Source: Alphaproteobacteria bacterium
Lineage (GTDB): Bacteria; Pseudomonadota; Alphaproteobacteria; GCA-2731375
Assembly: GCA_965225945.1 (NCBI GenBank)
Contig: CBDDBZ010000030.1
Span: 32,001 to 96,000, forward strand
Length of the DNA stretch: 64,000 nucleotides
Direction: 5' to 3'
Shown here: piece by piece, positions 1 to 9,894 of the stretch
How the letters are laid out: every line of letters starts with the position of its first letter
How positions within the stretch are numbered: the stretch's first letter is position 1
Position numbers and translations under genes: made by a program
Notes under the pieces: model-generated
The model's input: only the letters and a program-made list of their open reading frames with translations
Databases searched by the model: none
Told to the model about the DNA's origin: nothing

Positions 1-1
1 C

Positions 2-2161
2 ATCACCGCCGTCGACCCCAGCCGGCTCGATCTCCTGTTCGAGCGCTTCATCAGCGCCGAGCGGAACGAGCCACCGGACATCGACGTCGACTTTGCCCAC
101 GAGCGCCGCGAGGAGGTGATCCAGTACGTCTACCGGAAATACGGCCGGGACCGCGCCGGCCTCGCCGCCACGGTGATCAGCTACCGGGGCCGCAGCGCCA
201 TCCGCGAGGTCGGCAAGGCGATGGGCCTCTCGGAGGACGTGGTCGACGCACTCGCCCGCAATCTCTGGGGCCGGGGGGTGGAGGACGTGGAGGAAGACCG
301 CGTGCGCGAGCTCGGCCTCGACCCTAGGGAGCCGACGCTGGCCATGACGCTGCGTCTGGCGGCGAGCCTGATCGGCTTTCCCCGCCACCTCTCCCAGCAC
401 GTCGGCGGCTTCGTCATCACCCGGGGGCCGCTCTCGGAGGTGGTGCCGGTCGAAAACGCGGCGATGGAGGACCGCACCGTCATCGAGTGGGACAAGAACG
501 ACCTCGCCGCCCTCGGCATGCTGAAGATCGACCTACTGGGGCTCGGCATGTTGACCTGCATCGACAAGGGCCTCGCCCTGCTCGCGCGCCATCACGGCCT
601 CGATCTCGACCTCGCCGCCGTCCCGGCGGAGGACCCGGCGGTCTACGACATGCTCTGCCGGGCCGATTCCATCGGCGTCTTCCAGGTCGAGAGCCGGGCC
701 CAGATGACCATGCTGCCGAGGCTCCGGCCGCGCGACTTCTACGACCTGGTGATCGAGGTGGCGATCGTCCGCCCGGGGCCGATCCAGGGCCAGATGGTAC
801 ATCCCTATCTCCGCCGCCGGGCCGGTAAGGAAGCGGTGGTCTTTCCCTCAGCCGAGCTGGAGGCAGTGCTGGGCAAGACGCTGGGAGTGCCGCTCTTCCA
901 GGAGCAGGCGATGCGGATCGCCATCGTCGCCGCCGGCTTCAGCCCCTCCGAGGCCGACCAGTTGCGCCGCGCCATGGCGACCTTCCGGCGGAGCGGCACC
1001 ATCCACACCTTCCGGGTGAAGATGATCGAGGGCATGGTGGCGCGCGGCTACGAACACGACTTCGCCGAGCGCTGCTTCAAGCAGATCGAGGGCTTCGGCG
1101 AATACGGCTTCCCCGAGAGCCATGCCGCGAGCTTCGCGCTGCTGGTCTACGTCTCCGCCTGGATGAAGTGCCACTACCCGGCGGTCTTCGCCTGCGCGCT
1201 CTTGAACAGCCAACCGATGGGCTTCTACGCGCCGGCCCAGATCGTCCGCGATGCGTGCGAGCACGGGGTCGAGGTCCGGCCGGTCGATGTCGGCCATTCG
1301 ATGTGGGACAACACGCTGGAGGATCGTGGCCCCGGCGCCGGCCCGGCGCTCCGCCTCGGCTTCCGCCAGGTGAAGGGCTTGCGAGAAGAGGAGATGCGCC
1401 GCCTGGAAACCGCCCGCGGCGCCGGCTGGGCCGATCTCGCCGACTTGAAGCGTCGGGCCGAGTTGCCGCTTCCCACCATCGAGCGCCTGGCCCGGGCCGA
1501 CGCCTGCAATTCCCTCGGGCTCGACCGGCGCCGCGCGCTTTGGGCGGCGAAGGCGCTAGAGGCAAGAGCGCTGCCCTTGTTCGAGCACGCCGCGCTCGGA
1601 TCGCCGCCGCCGCGCGCCGCCGACCGAAGCGCCCTGCTGCTGGCGGAGATGCCGGCCGGCCAGCAGGTGATCGAAGACTATCGCGCGCTCCGCCTCTCGC
1701 TGAAGGCACACCCGCTCGCCTTCCTGCGCCGGGCCTTGACGGCGGAGGAAGTGGTGCCCGCCGACGTTCTGGCCGAATTGCCGGCCGGCCGCCGAGTCAA
1801 GGTCGCCGGTCTGGTGCTGGTGCGCCAACGCCCGGGGAGCGCCCGCGGCGTGATCTTCGCCACGCTGGAGGACGAGACCGGCGTCGCCAACGTCATCGTC
1901 CGCACGGCCATCTTCGAGCGTTATCGCCGTATCGTGCTGGGGGCCCGGCTGCTGCTCGCCGAGGGCCGGGTGGAGCGCGAGGGGATCGTCGTCCACGTGC
2001 TGGCTAGCCACCTCGCCGACCGCTCCGACCTGCTGGAGCATTTGGCCGAGGCCGGCGTGCCCAGCCCGCCACTGGAGCCCCCCCTCGCGCCCGCCGACGT
2101 GGTCAAGCACCCCATGTCCGACCCCCGCACGGCCCTTCCGAGCGGGCGCAATTTCAGGTGA
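2..2161 (+). CDS. dnaE2: Error-prone DNA polymerase III alpha subunit DnaE2 (ImuC), 5'-truncated by window edge
   Basis: Frame open from base 2 ([21 protein letters not shown]); [34 protein letters not shown]-terminal OB fold and terminal SGRNFR motif typical of DnaE2. Confidence 0.96.
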   Translation: MTAVDPSRLDLLFERFISAERNEPPDIDVDFAHERREEVIQYVYRKYGRDRAGLAATVISYRGRSAIREVGKAMGLSEDVVDALARNLWGRGVEDVEEDRVRELGLDPREPTLAMTLRLAASLIGFPRHLSQHVGGFVITRGPLSEVVPVENAAMEDRTVIEWDKNDLAALGMLKIDLLGLGMLTCIDKGLALLARHHGLDLDLAAVPAEDPAVYDMLCRADSIGVFQVESRAQMTMLPRLRPRDFYDLVIEVAIVRPGPIQGQMVHPYLRRRAGKEAVVFPSAELEAVLGKTLGVPLFQEQAMRIAIVAAGFSPSEADQLRRAMATFRRSGTIHTFRVKMIEGMVARGYEHDFAERCFKQIEGFGEYGFPESHAASFALLVYVSAWMKCHYPAVFACALLNSQPMGFYAPAQIVRDACEHGVEVRPVDVGHSMWDNTLEDRGPGAGPALRLGFRQVKGLREEEMRRLETARGAGWADLADLKRRAELPLPTIERLARADACNSLGLDRRRALWAAKALEARALPLFEHAALGSPPPRAADRSALLLAEMPAGQQVIEDYRALRLSLKAHPLAFLRRALTAEEVVPADVLAELPAGRRVKVAGLVLVRQRPGSARGVIFATLEDETGVANVIVRTAIFERYRRIVLGARLLLAEGRVEREGIVVHVLASHLADRSDLLEHLAEAGVPSPPLEPPLAPADVVKHPMSDPRTALPSGRNFR

Positions 2162-2179
2162 GCGTGGCGTTCGCGCGGC

Positions 2180-2617
2180 TCACGCCGCGCGGAAGGTCAG
2201 GTCGATGGTCCAGCCGAGACTGGCGAGCGCCGCCTCGAGGCGGTCGATCTTGGTGTTGTGCTTCAGGTCACGCATGCGGCGGATCTCGGGCTCGCCGACG
2301 CCGAGGCGCCTGCCGAGCGTGACGTTGTTGATTCCGGCTTCGATCATCGCCAAGTGCAGGGCAATCTTGGCCGCGACCAGTGCGGAAGGCACCACCACCA
2401 CACGACCCTTGGCCGGGCTCGGCGGCGGGATCTCCAGGCCGTCGTCGATGCGAAACGCCAGGGCCACCTCCAGGCAGTCGACGGCTTGGTCGAGAGCATC
2501 GACGCGGTCCTCGCCGAAGGTCAATGCCTCGGGCAAATCCGGAAAGGCGACGTTGACGGCGCCGTCGTCCTCGGTGGTGAGGTCGACGGGGTAGCTGAAA
2601 CGAGCGGATCGAGGCAT
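2180..2617 (-). CDS. hicB: HicB-family antitoxin with C-terminal HTH
   Basis: YPVDL...VAFPDLPEALTFGE...A..CL...IPPPS partial RNase H fold plus HTH; immediately downstream of a HicA-like gene. Confidence 0.9.
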   Translation of the reverse strand: MPRSARFSYPVDLTTEDDGAVNVAFPDLPEALTFGEDRVDALDQAVDCLEVALAFRIDDGLEIPPPSPAKGRVVVVPSALVAAKIALHLAMIEAGINNVTLGRRLGVGEPEIRRMRDLKHNTKIDRLEAALASLGWTIDLTFRAA

Positions 2618-2626
2618 GTCGTCCTC

Positions 2627-2842
2627 CTAGAGATCGCGCGGGTTTATGCTGAGCTGCCGGCACATGGCGCGGAACGTGCCGGCGGCGATGTCGCGGTGGT
2701 GGCCGGTCGACAGCACGGTTCGCCGATCACCGTAGTAGACCCTCACGTGGGAGCCGCGACCGTGGTCCGTGTCGACCCGCACCGCGACGCCGTTGCGGCG
2801 GGCGAGGCGACGAAGGCGACGGAGGAATTCGGTGGCGTTCAC
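2627..2842 (-). CDS. hicA: HicA-family toxin (71 aa, GTG start)
   Basis: C-terminal part of ORF 2627..3268: (M)NATEFLRRLRR...GRGSHVRVYYGDRRTVL...DIAAGTFRAMCRQL carries the HicA GSH motif. Confidence 0.85.
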   Translation of the reverse strand: MNATEFLRRLRRLARRNGVAVRVDTDHGRGSHVRVYYGDRRTVLSTGHHRDIAAGTFRAMCRQLSINPRDL

Positions 2843-2852
2843 GAATGTGAAA

Positions 2853-2870
2853 TCGTACGTAATTGTACGA
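2853..2870. promoter_or_regulatory. Putative hicAB autorepression operator
   Basis: Palindrome TCGTAC-N6-GTACGA in an AT-rich patch 10 bp upstream of the hicA start. Confidence 0.55.
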
Positions 2871-2973
2871 ATATCAAGCTCTATATCGCATTTTTTGTAC
2901 GAGGCGGTAATTGTGGTGCGCGCCTGCGGTGATGTGTCACTCCGGCAGCTCGCTCCGCCCGCCCAGCATCGCC

Positions 2974-4014
2974 TCAACCCTCCCGTCCGAAGATCTCGCG
3001 CAGCCAGGTGCCGATCTCGGCGATGACGAAGTCGCCCGCCGGCATGACGGCGGTCAGCACCGTGCAGGCGTGCATCAGCCCGCTCCATTCGCGGTGCACG
3101 GTCTCGACGCCGGCCGCCTCCAAGCGCCGGGCATACTCGGCGGCCTCGTCGCGCAGCGGATCGAAACCGCAGTTCATCACATAGGCTGGCGCCAGCCCTG
3201 TGAGGTCTTCCGCCAGGCCGGGCGAGGCGCGCAGGTCGGCCTTGTCCGCCGCTTGGTTCAGATACCACTCGAGATAGAACTGGATGCGGTCCCTGGGCAG
3301 GATCGGATCGGCGGCGAATTCCCGGTGGCTGGGGCTGTCGAAATGCAGGTCGGTCGCGGGGTAGATCAGCACCTGGGCGAACGGCGTGGGCCCGCCCGCC
3401 CAGTGCGTCTGCTGCGCCACCACCGCCGCCAAGTTGCCGCCGGAGCTGTCCCCGGCGACGGCAATCCGATGCTCGTCACCGCCCAAGCCGGCGACGTTCT
3501 CGACCAGCCAGCCGAAGGCGGCAAGGCAATCTTCGACCGCGGCGGGAAACTTGTGCTCCGGCGCCAGGCGATAGTCGAGGGCGACCACCAGGCATTCGCC
3601 GGCCAGCGCCAGCTTGCCGCAGAAGGCGTCGTGGGTGTCGAGATCGCCCTGGATCCAACCGCCGCCATGGTAGTAGGCGACCACCGGCAAGGGGCCTTCG
3701 GCCGCCGGCCTGGCGGCGTAGAGGCGGGCGCCGAGCGGTCCCGCCGGTCCGGGGACCGTCAGCTCTTCCTTGCGCGGCAGCGGTGGGTGCGGCCGCTCCC
3801 AGAGCGCCACCAGATTGCGAAATTGCGCCCGCGCCTCGCTCGGGCTCGGCATGTGGCCCGGCACTCGGAGCCGGGTGGCGACGTCGGCGACGACCTGTGC
3901 CTTGGCCGCCATCACCCGCGCGCCGGAACGCCGCCGCCGGCCCAAGAGCCAGAGCGGCGCCAGCCATTCCGGCATCTCGGCGAGGCGCAGGCGGGCCCGC
4001 GTGGCGGCGGTCAT
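2974..4014 (-). CDS. Alpha/beta hydrolase (HSL family esterase/lipase)
   Basis: YYHGGGW oxyanion motif, GDSSGG nucleophile elbow, DPLRDE acid, C-terminal His (GLMHA). Confidence 0.92.
   Translation of the reverse strand: MTAATRARLRLAEMPEWLAPLWLLGRRRRSGARVMAAKAQVVADVATRLRVPGHMPSPSEARAQFRNLVALWERPHPPLPRKEELTVPGPAGPLGARLYAARPAAEGPLPVVAYYHGGGWIQGDLDTHDAFCGKLALAGECLVVALDYRLAPEHKFPAAVEDCLAAFGWLVENVAGLGGDEHRIAVAGDSSGGNLAAVVAQQTHWAGGPTPFAQVLIYPATDLHFDSPSHREFAADPILPRDRIQFYLEWYLNQAADKADLRASPGLAEDLTGLAPAYVMNCGFDPLRDEAAEYARRLEAAGVETVHREWSGLMHACTVLTAVMPAGDFVIAEIGTWLREIFGREG
3899..3918 (+). repeat. 20-bp direct repeat, copy 1 (GCCTTGGCCGCCATCACCCG)
   Basis: Identical to 4712-4731. Confidence 0.9.
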
Positions 4015-4086
4015 GGCGCGATCTCCCCGAAGTTAAGCAGGGACCGCATGGAGCGGCGACCCGGCCCGAGTTGCATTTGAATTGTA

Positions 4087-4110
4087 TATGTAGCCTAATT
4101 GTGCTACATA
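4087..4110. promoter_or_regulatory. Putative dinJ/relB-yafQ operator
   Basis: Perfect inverted repeat TATGTAGC-N8-GCTACATA in the AT-rich region upstream of the antitoxin. Confidence 0.65.
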
Positions 4111-4136
4111 ACCACTACAAAGGAATTATGGATACG

Positions 4137-4397
4137 ATGGCAAAAACATCAACCGTTCGCGCTCGCGTGGAGCCTGAGCTCAAAGACGCGGTCGAGGGCG
4201 TGTTCTCGCGGCTCGGCCTTACGACAAGCGACGCGATCACGCTTTTCCTCAATCAGGTCGCTCTTGTGGACGGTCTCCCCTTCCCTGTCCGGATTCCCAA
4301 CAAACAAACACGGAGAGCTATCGCCGACGCGAAGGCCAACAGGGGTATGAAGACTTTTGAAACTGCCGAGGAACTTTTTAAAGAACTTGAAGATTAG
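4137..4397 (+). CDS. RelB/DinJ-family antitoxin (alternative start 4128)
   Basis: MAKTSTVRARVEPELK..VEGVFSRLGLTTSDAITLFLNQV....GLPFPVRIPN..T..AI matches RelB/DinJ RHH pattern. Confidence 0.92.
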   Translation: MAKTSTVRARVEPELKDAVEGVFSRLGLTTSDAITLFLNQVALVDGLPFPVRIPNKQTRRAIADAKANRGMKTFETAEELFKELED

Positions 4398-4406
4398 CGG
4401 TATTTT

Positions 4407-4676
4407 ATGCGACAGATTTCACGGCAGAATAAGTTCAAACGAGATTTCAAAGTAGCAGGGCGACGAGGAAAAGATTTAACAAAGCTCAAGGAAGTAATTG
4501 CTCTTTTAGTTGTAGACGGTGCCCTGCCCCCTACGCTATTCCCGCATAAACTTTCCGGTGAGTTTTCCGGTCTATGGGAATGCCACATAGAACCTGACTG
4601 GCTCCTCATTTATGATGTCGACGAAGAGGAGTTGAATCTGATCCGTACCGGCACTCACTCCGACTTGTTTGAGTAA
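4407..4676 (+). CDS. yafQ: YafQ-family mRNA interferase toxin
   Basis: FKRDFK, HKLSG, ECHIEPDWLLIY, LIRTGTHSDLF motifs. Confidence 0.93.
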   Translation: MRQISRQNKFKRDFKVAGRRGKDLTKLKEVIALLVVDGALPPTLFPHKLSGEFSGLWECHIEPDWLLIYDVDEEELNLIRTGTHSDLFE

Positions 4677-4711
4677 ATAACACCAACCGACGAAAGTCCT
4701 GACCGCTCCGC

Positions 4712-4731
4712 GCCTTGGCCGCCATCACCCG
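4712..4731 (+). repeat. 20-bp direct repeat, copy 2
   Basis: Identical to 3899-3918. Confidence 0.9.
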
Positions 4732-4737
4732 TTCGCT

Positions 4738-4795
4738 CGGATAAAGGGACACAATACTTATCCTCACTAGGATAAGTATTGTGTCCCTTTATCCG
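4738..4795. repeat. Perfect palindrome, 27-bp arms and 4-nt loop
   Basis: CGGATAAAGGGACACAATACTTATCCT-cact-AGGATAAGTATTGTGTCCCTTTATCCG. Confidence 0.95.
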
Positions 4796-4827
4796 CCTCT
4801 CCGCCCGAATGGCCGCTGGACGCGCCT

Positions 4828-5040
4828 CTACTCCCGATCCTCGTGCGCCACCTCGCCCATCAGGCGGGCGGCGGTGCGTTCCACCTCGGCCCGGCGCTCG
4901 GGCTCCAGCGTCCAGCTCGTGCAGGGCAGCGTGCGGGACTGGAGCCGCATGACATAGCGCAAGATCTTCTTGGCCAGAGTTCTGGGCGGCGGCGGTTGCC
5001 GCACGCTCGGGCTCTCGCTCGATTCCTGCGACTCAGGCAC
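4828..5040 (-). CDS. Possible small hypothetical protein (70 aa) coupled to hslO
   Basis: GTG at 5040 overlaps the hslO stop (GTGCCTGA) and fills an otherwise empty gap; no recognisable motif. Confidence 0.35.
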   Translation of the reverse strand: MPESQESSESPSVRQPPPPRTLAKKILRYVMRLQSRTLPCTSWTLEPERRAEVERTAARLMGEVAHEDRE

Positions 5041-5986
5041 CGGAGAAGGCCGCCGGGTCGAAATCGTATTTGGAATTGCAAAATTCGCAGGTGACATCGA
5101 GCCGCCCCTCGGCGGTCAGATCGCCGATCGCCTCGGCCGATAGCGCTTGCAGCATTCGCTCGGCCCCGAGCCGCGAGCAGCGGCAGCCGAAGGCGAGCGG
5201 ATGCGGCTGGAAGACCCGTACACCGTCCTCGTGATAGAGCCGATAGAGCAACTCGTCGGCCGAGAGGCCGGGGTCGAGCAACTCGGCGTCGTCGACCGTC
5301 GCCATCAGGGTCACCGCGCGGCGCCAATCCTCCTCGCTCACCGTCCGGTCGGGCTCCGCGCCGCGCGCCAGCATCGCCGGATCGCCTTCCGGCAAGCGCT
5401 GCACCATGATCGCGCCGGCCCGCCAGCACGCCCCACCTTCGTCGTTCGCGATCCGCCGGGTGGCGATCCGGATCGCGGTCTGCACCTGCTCGGAATCGCG
5501 GAAATATTTGTGCGCACACTCGGCCAGCGTCGCCCCCTCCAGCGGCACGATCCCCTGATAGCGCTCGGTCTCGTCGCCCTGGTCGACGGTAAAGGCGAGG
5601 TAGCCGCCGCCCATCAGACGCGGCACCGGGAGATCGTGGAGCGCCTCGAGAGCGCCGAGTTCGGTGAGCGCGGCATCGTCGTATTGCACATAGCCCCGGA
5701 GCTTGCCCTCGCTGGTGCAGTCGACCACCAGCATCGGTGCGATGCCGTCGCCCTTGGCTTGGAGGGAAAATACGCCGTCGTACTTCAGCGCCGCCGCCAG
5801 GATCGCGGCCAGCGCGATCGCCTCGCCCAACAGGCGCGCGATCGGCGGCGGATAGTCGTGCCGGCGGACGATTTCGTCGACCGTCGGGCCGAGGCGAACC
5901 AAGCGTCCCCTCACGCCGGCCGCCTCGACCTGAAAGGGGCGGACCAGATCGTCCCCGCCCACGGGCACAGGGCTCAACCGAGACAC
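5033..5986 (-). CDS. hslO: Hsp33 redox-regulated chaperone
   Basis: [15 protein letters not shown], Zn-binding CRCS...CEFC. Confidence 0.95.
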   Translation of the reverse strand: MSRLSPVPVGGDDLVRPFQVEAAGVRGRLVRLGPTVDEIVRRHDYPPPIARLLGEAIALAAILAAALKYDGVFSLQAKGDGIAPMLVVDCTSEGKLRGYVQYDDAALTELGALEALHDLPVPRLMGGGYLAFTVDQGDETERYQGIVPLEGATLAECAHKYFRDSEQVQTAIRIATRRIANDEGGACWRAGAIMVQRLPEGDPAMLARGAEPDRTVSEEDWRRAVTLMATVDDAELLDPGLSADELLYRLYHEDGVRVFQPHPLAFGCRCSRLGAERMLQALSAEAIGDLTAEGRLDVTCEFCNSKYDFDPAAFSGA

Positions 5987-6900
5987 CAGGAGAGGATACC
6001 TTTCTGCGCGTGCAGGCGGTTCTCGGCCTGGTCCCAGACGATGGACCTGGCTCCGTCGATGACCTCAGGCGTCACCTCTTCGCCCCGGTGCGCCGGCAGG
6101 CAGTGCATGAACACCGCGTCCGGCCGGGCGAGCGCCATGCTACGGGCGTTGATCTGATAGGGCGCCAGCATGTTGTGGCGGTCGCTCGACTCGCCGTCGT
6201 GCATCGAGACCCAGGTGTCGGTGACGACGCAGTCGGCGCCATCGAGCGCCGCCTCGACGTCGCCCGTGACCTCGACGTCCGCGCCCTCGGCCCTGGCCCG
6301 AGCCAATGCCGCCTCGGAGGGACGCAGCTGCTCCGGCGTCGCCAGCCGAAGCGCGTAGCCGAAGCGGGCCGCGCCCTGAATCCAGGTGTTCGCCATGTTG
6401 TTGCCGTCACCCGTCCAGGCGACGAGCTTGCCGGCGATGGCGCCGCGATGCTCCTCGTAGGTCATCACGTCGGCCATCAGTTGACAGGGATGGGTCTCGT
6501 CGGTGAGGCCGTTGATCACCGGTACGGTGGCGTGCGCCACCATCTCCGCCAGCACGTCGCGCCCGTGGGCTCGGAGCATGATGATGTCGACGTAACGCGA
6601 GAGCACGCGGGCGGTGTCGGCCACGCTCTCGCCCCGGCCGAGCTGCATGTCGGCGGTATTGGCGATGAGGGTCTGGCCGCCGAGCTGGCGCATCGCGACA
6701 TCGAAGGAGATGCGGGTTCGCGTCGAGGGCTTGTCGAAGACCATGGCGAGCAGCCGGCCTTCCATCGGCCGGCTCTCGTCCACCGCCGCCTTGCCCTTGT
6801 CGCCGCGCGCCGCCTTGCGCGCCTTGGCTTCGTCGAGGATGTCGCGCAGGGTCTCGCCGTCCAACGCGTCGATGTCGACGAAATGGCGGATGTCGCTCAT
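5974..6900 (-). CDS. argF: Ornithine carbamoyltransferase
   Basis: [31 protein letters not shown]; ATG overlaps the argD stop. Confidence 0.97.
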   Translation of the reverse strand: MSDIRHFVDIDALDGETLRDILDEAKARKAARGDKGKAAVDESRPMEGRLLAMVFDKPSTRTRISFDVAMRQLGGQTLIANTADMQLGRGESVADTARVLSRYVDIIMLRAHGRDVLAEMVAHATVPVINGLTDETHPCQLMADVMTYEEHRGAIAGKLVAWTGDGNNMANTWIQGAARFGYALRLATPEQLRPSEAALARARAEGADVEVTGDVEAALDGADCVVTDTWVSMHDGESSDRHNMLAPYQINARSMALARPDAVFMHCLPAHRGEEVTPEVIDGARSIVWDQAENRLHAQKGILSWCLG

Positions 6901-8072
6901 TGGCTGAGCTTCTCGCAGACCCGCTCCAGGGCGAGCATCGCTTCCTCGACCTGGGCCTCCTCGATGGTCAAGGGCGGCAGGAAGCGAACCACATTGTCGC
7001 CCGCCGGCACCGCCAGCACGCCCTCCTCGCGCAGCGCGGCGACCACGTCGGTATGGGTCGGCTTGGTCTTGAAGCCGACGAAGAGGCCGCGCGCGCGGAC
7101 GTCCTCGATGACGCTGTCGTTGCGCTGGCGCAGACCCTCCAGCCGGTCGGCCAGCTTGGCGCCAATTCGCTGGACATGGTCTAGGAAGCCCTCCTCCAGC
7201 AGCACGTCGAGCACCGCGTTGCCCGCCGCGACGGCCATCGGGTTGCCGCCATAGGTCGAGCCGTGGGTACCCGCCACCATGCCCTTGGCGGCGTCGGTCG
7301 TCGCCATGCAGGCACCGAGCGGGAAGCCGCCGCCGATGCCCTTGCCGAGGGTGACGATGTCCGGGCTGGCGCCGGTCCATTCATGCGCCAACAGCTTGCC
7401 GGTCCGGCCCATGCCGCTCTGCACCTCGTCGAGGATCAGCAGCAGGCCGTGCTCGTCGCACAGAGCGCGCAGGCCCTCCAGCAGCCCATCGGGCAGGATG
7501 TTGATGCCGCCCTCGCCCTGCACCGGCTCGATCATGATCGCCGCCGTCGCCTCGCCGATCGCCGCCCGGGTCGCCGCCAGATCGTCCCAGGGGACGTGAT
7601 CGAAGCCGTCCACCTTCGGCCCGAAGCCGTCCAGGATCTTGGCCTGGCCGGTCGCCGCCATGGTGGCCAGCGTGCGGCCGTGGAAGCAGTTCTCGAAGGT
7701 GATGACGCGGAAGCGTTCCGGCCGGCCGTCGACGTGGTGATAGCGTCGGGCCATCTTGATCGCGCATTCGTTCGCCTCGGCGCCCGAATTTGCGAAGAAC
7801 ACGGTGTCGGCGAAGCTGTTGGCGGTCAGCCGGTCGGCCAGGCGCTCCTGGCCGGGGATTCGATAGAGATTGGAGACGTGCATCAGCTCGCCCGCCTGGC
7901 GCCGGAGCTCGGCGACCAGGTGGGGATGGCTATGGCCGAGGCAAACCACGGCGATTCCGGTGGCGAAATCGAGATAGCGCGCCCCCTGGTCGTCCCAGAG
8001 ATAGGCGCCCTCGCCCTTCACGAACGCGACGTCCGTGCGGGCATAGGTCGGAAGCACGGCGGATGTGACCAC
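6897..8072 (-). CDS. argD: Acetylornithine aminotransferase
   Basis: Class III PLP motifs [33 protein letters not shown]; upstream of argF. Confidence 0.95.
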   Translation of the reverse strand: MVTSAVLPTYARTDVAFVKGEGAYLWDDQGARYLDFATGIAVVCLGHSHPHLVAELRRQAGELMHVSNLYRIPGQERLADRLTANSFADTVFFANSGAEANECAIKMARRYHHVDGRPERFRVITFENCFHGRTLATMAATGQAKILDGFGPKVDGFDHVPWDDLAATRAAIGEATAAIMIEPVQGEGGINILPDGLLEGLRALCDEHGLLLILDEVQSGMGRTGKLLAHEWTGASPDIVTLGKGIGGGFPLGACMATTDAAKGMVAGTHGSTYGGNPMAVAAGNAVLDVLLEEGFLDHVQRIGAKLADRLEGLRQRNDSVIEDVRARGLFVGFKTKPTHTDVVAALREEGVLAVPAGDNVVRFLPPLTIEEAQVEEAMLALERVCEKLSQ

Positions 8073-8131
8073 GTCTCTGCTCCAATCAAAAACGCGGCGC
8101 CGGGAGCGCCGCAGAGCCTACGGGAACCGGT

Positions 8132-8161
8132 AAATAAGCGGCCCGAGACGGCGAATGTCAA
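8132..8161 (-). promoter_or_regulatory. Putative sigma70 promoter of argD-argF-hslO
   Basis: Perfect TTGACA (8161-8156, minus strand) with an AT-rich -10-like hexamer 17-18 bp downstream. Confidence 0.5.
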
Positions 8162-8394
8162 CCATGCGCTCGCCGGCTATTCCACCCGCGCCGAGGCCGC
8201 CTGCGACGCCACGTCTCTCATGCGAGAGTGACCAAGCAATCCGGATGGACAGACGTGCATCGACAGGAGGCGCAAAAACGGCTTGACCCGAGAAGCGGAA
8301 TTAGACGACCCATGGATGGTACCCGCGGGCGTGGTCGGGCCGGCGGAGCGGGCCGGCTTCAAGGCCTTTCGAGTTTGACTCCGAGGATAGGGTG

Positions 8395-8661
8395 ATGGGC
8401 AAGAAGATTCTGATCCATCTCTTGTTGATTGCGATCCCGTTCCTGGTCTGGTTCGCCTATGCCTGGCTGCGCCAGCGGGCCAAGGCGCGGGGCCAGGTCT
8501 GGCGGGACGCGCCGTTCCTGGCTCTGCTGGCGATCGGGCTCGCGATCTCGACCGGGGCGCTTTTCTTACTCGACGCCTTTGAAGGCGCGCCTCCGGGCAG
8601 CACCTATGTGCCGGCCCATGTCGACGAGCAGGGGGAGATCGTGCCCGGCCGTTTCGAATGA
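8395..8661 (+). CDS. Small membrane protein (DUF6111-like)
   Basis: Two hydrophobic segments and C-terminal YVPAHVDEQGEIVPGRF; stop overlaps cca start. Confidence 0.75.
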   Translation: MGKKILIHLLLIAIPFLVWFAYAWLRQRAKARGQVWRDAPFLALLAIGLAISTGALFLLDAFEGAPPGSTYVPAHVDEQGEIVPGRFE

Positions 8662-9890
8662 ATACGCGCAGATGCGACGGCGCGCTCGCGACCCGGATCC
8701 CGCCGCCCGCCTGGATGCGGACCCGGTCCTGCCGAGCGGTGATGCGGGCGCTCATGGCCGAGGGCCACGTCGCCCGCTTCGTCGGCGGCTGCGTCCGCGA
8801 CACCATCGCCGGCCGCCCGGTCCACGACGTCGACATCGCCACCACGTCGCCCCCGCGGGTGAACGTCCGCCTGCTGGGCGCGGCCGGCATCAAAGTGGTG
8901 CCGACGGGACTCGGGCACGGCACGGTGACGGCGGTGAGCCGGGGCACCCCTTACGAGGTGACGACGCTCCGCGTCGACGTCGAGACCTTCGGCCGCCACG
9001 CCCGGGTCGCCTATACCGAGGATTGGCGGGCCGACGCGACGCGGCGCGACTTCACCATGAACGCTCTCTACGCCGATGGCCGGGGTCGGGTGTTCGACTG
9101 GTTCGGCGGCATCGAGGATCTCGCGGCCGGGCGAGTGCGCTTCGTCGGCGAGGCCGACCTCCGAATCGCCGAGGATCGCCTCAGGGTGCTGCGCTACTTC
9201 CGCTTTCACGCCTGCTACGGCCGAGGCCGGGCGGATGGCCGGGCCCTAATAGCCTGCCGGCGGGCGGCGGGCACGCTGGGCGAATTGTCGGGCGAGCGAA
9301 TCCGCCAAGAGCTGCTGAAGTTGCTGGCGGCAGCCCGCCCCGCCCCCGCGCTCCGCCTGATGATCCGCCTTGGCCTCTTGGGCGAGGTGATCGCGGCCCC
9401 GATCGACCTCGAAGCGCTCGCCCGGTTGCGCCGGCTGGAGCCCGACCCGCCCGACCCGCTGTTGCGCCTGGCCGCTCTGATGCGTGGCCAAGGCGCGGCG
9501 ACGGGCGCGCGAGTGGCGGCGCGGCTGCGCCTCTCCAGTCGCCAGCGCGATCGCCTGCTCGCTTTGCTGGCGCCCGAGAACGCGATTTCGGCGCGGGCCG
9601 GGGTCGCTGAGACCCGGCGGCTGGCGCACCGTCTGGGGCCGGAGCTGGCGCTGGATCTGGCCCGTCTCGCCGGCGCCGGGCGGGCGGCGCGGGTCGCCAG
9701 CGAGACACCGCCCCCGCCGTTTCCCCTGAGGGGTCGGGACATCCGCGTCCTCGGCCTCGCCTCGGGCCCGGCGATCGGCGAGCTGCTGGCCGAGATCGAG
9801 GCCTGGTGGATCGACGACGACTTCCGGCCCGACCGCCGCGCCTGTCTGTCGCGGCTGCGCGAAATCGTGACCTCGCGACGTGCGGGATAA
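8658..9890 (+). CDS. cca: CCA tRNA nucleotidyltransferase
   Basis: VGGCVRD, DVDIAT, RRDFTMNAL, EDRLRVLRYFRF. Confidence 0.92.
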   Translation: MNTRRCDGALATRIPPPAWMRTRSCRAVMRALMAEGHVARFVGGCVRDTIAGRPVHDVDIATTSPPRVNVRLLGAAGIKVVPTGLGHGTVTAVSRGTPYEVTTLRVDVETFGRHARVAYTEDWRADATRRDFTMNALYADGRGRVFDWFGGIEDLAAGRVRFVGEADLRIAEDRLRVLRYFRFHACYGRGRADGRALIACRRAAGTLGELSGERIRQELLKLLAAARPAPALRLMIRLGLLGEVIAAPIDLEALARLRRLEPDPPDPLLRLAALMRGQGAATGARVAARLRLSSRQRDRLLALLAPENAISARAGVAETRRLAHRLGPELALDLARLAGAGRAARVASETPPPPFPLRGRDIRVLGLASGPAIGELLAEIEAWWIDDDFRPDRRACLSRLREIVTSRRAG

Positions 9891-9894
9891 GGAC

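Noticed and set aside
2843-3268. N-terminal 140 aa of ORF 2627..3268
   Set aside because: Overlaps the hydrolase gene and the hicAB promoter; only the last 71 codons are HicA-like.
4677-4800. Integron attC site or CRISPR repeat next to the TA cassette
   Set aside because: The palindrome is perfect, lacks RYYYAAC/GTTRRRY ends and extrahelical bases, is single-copy here, and no intI or cas gene is present.
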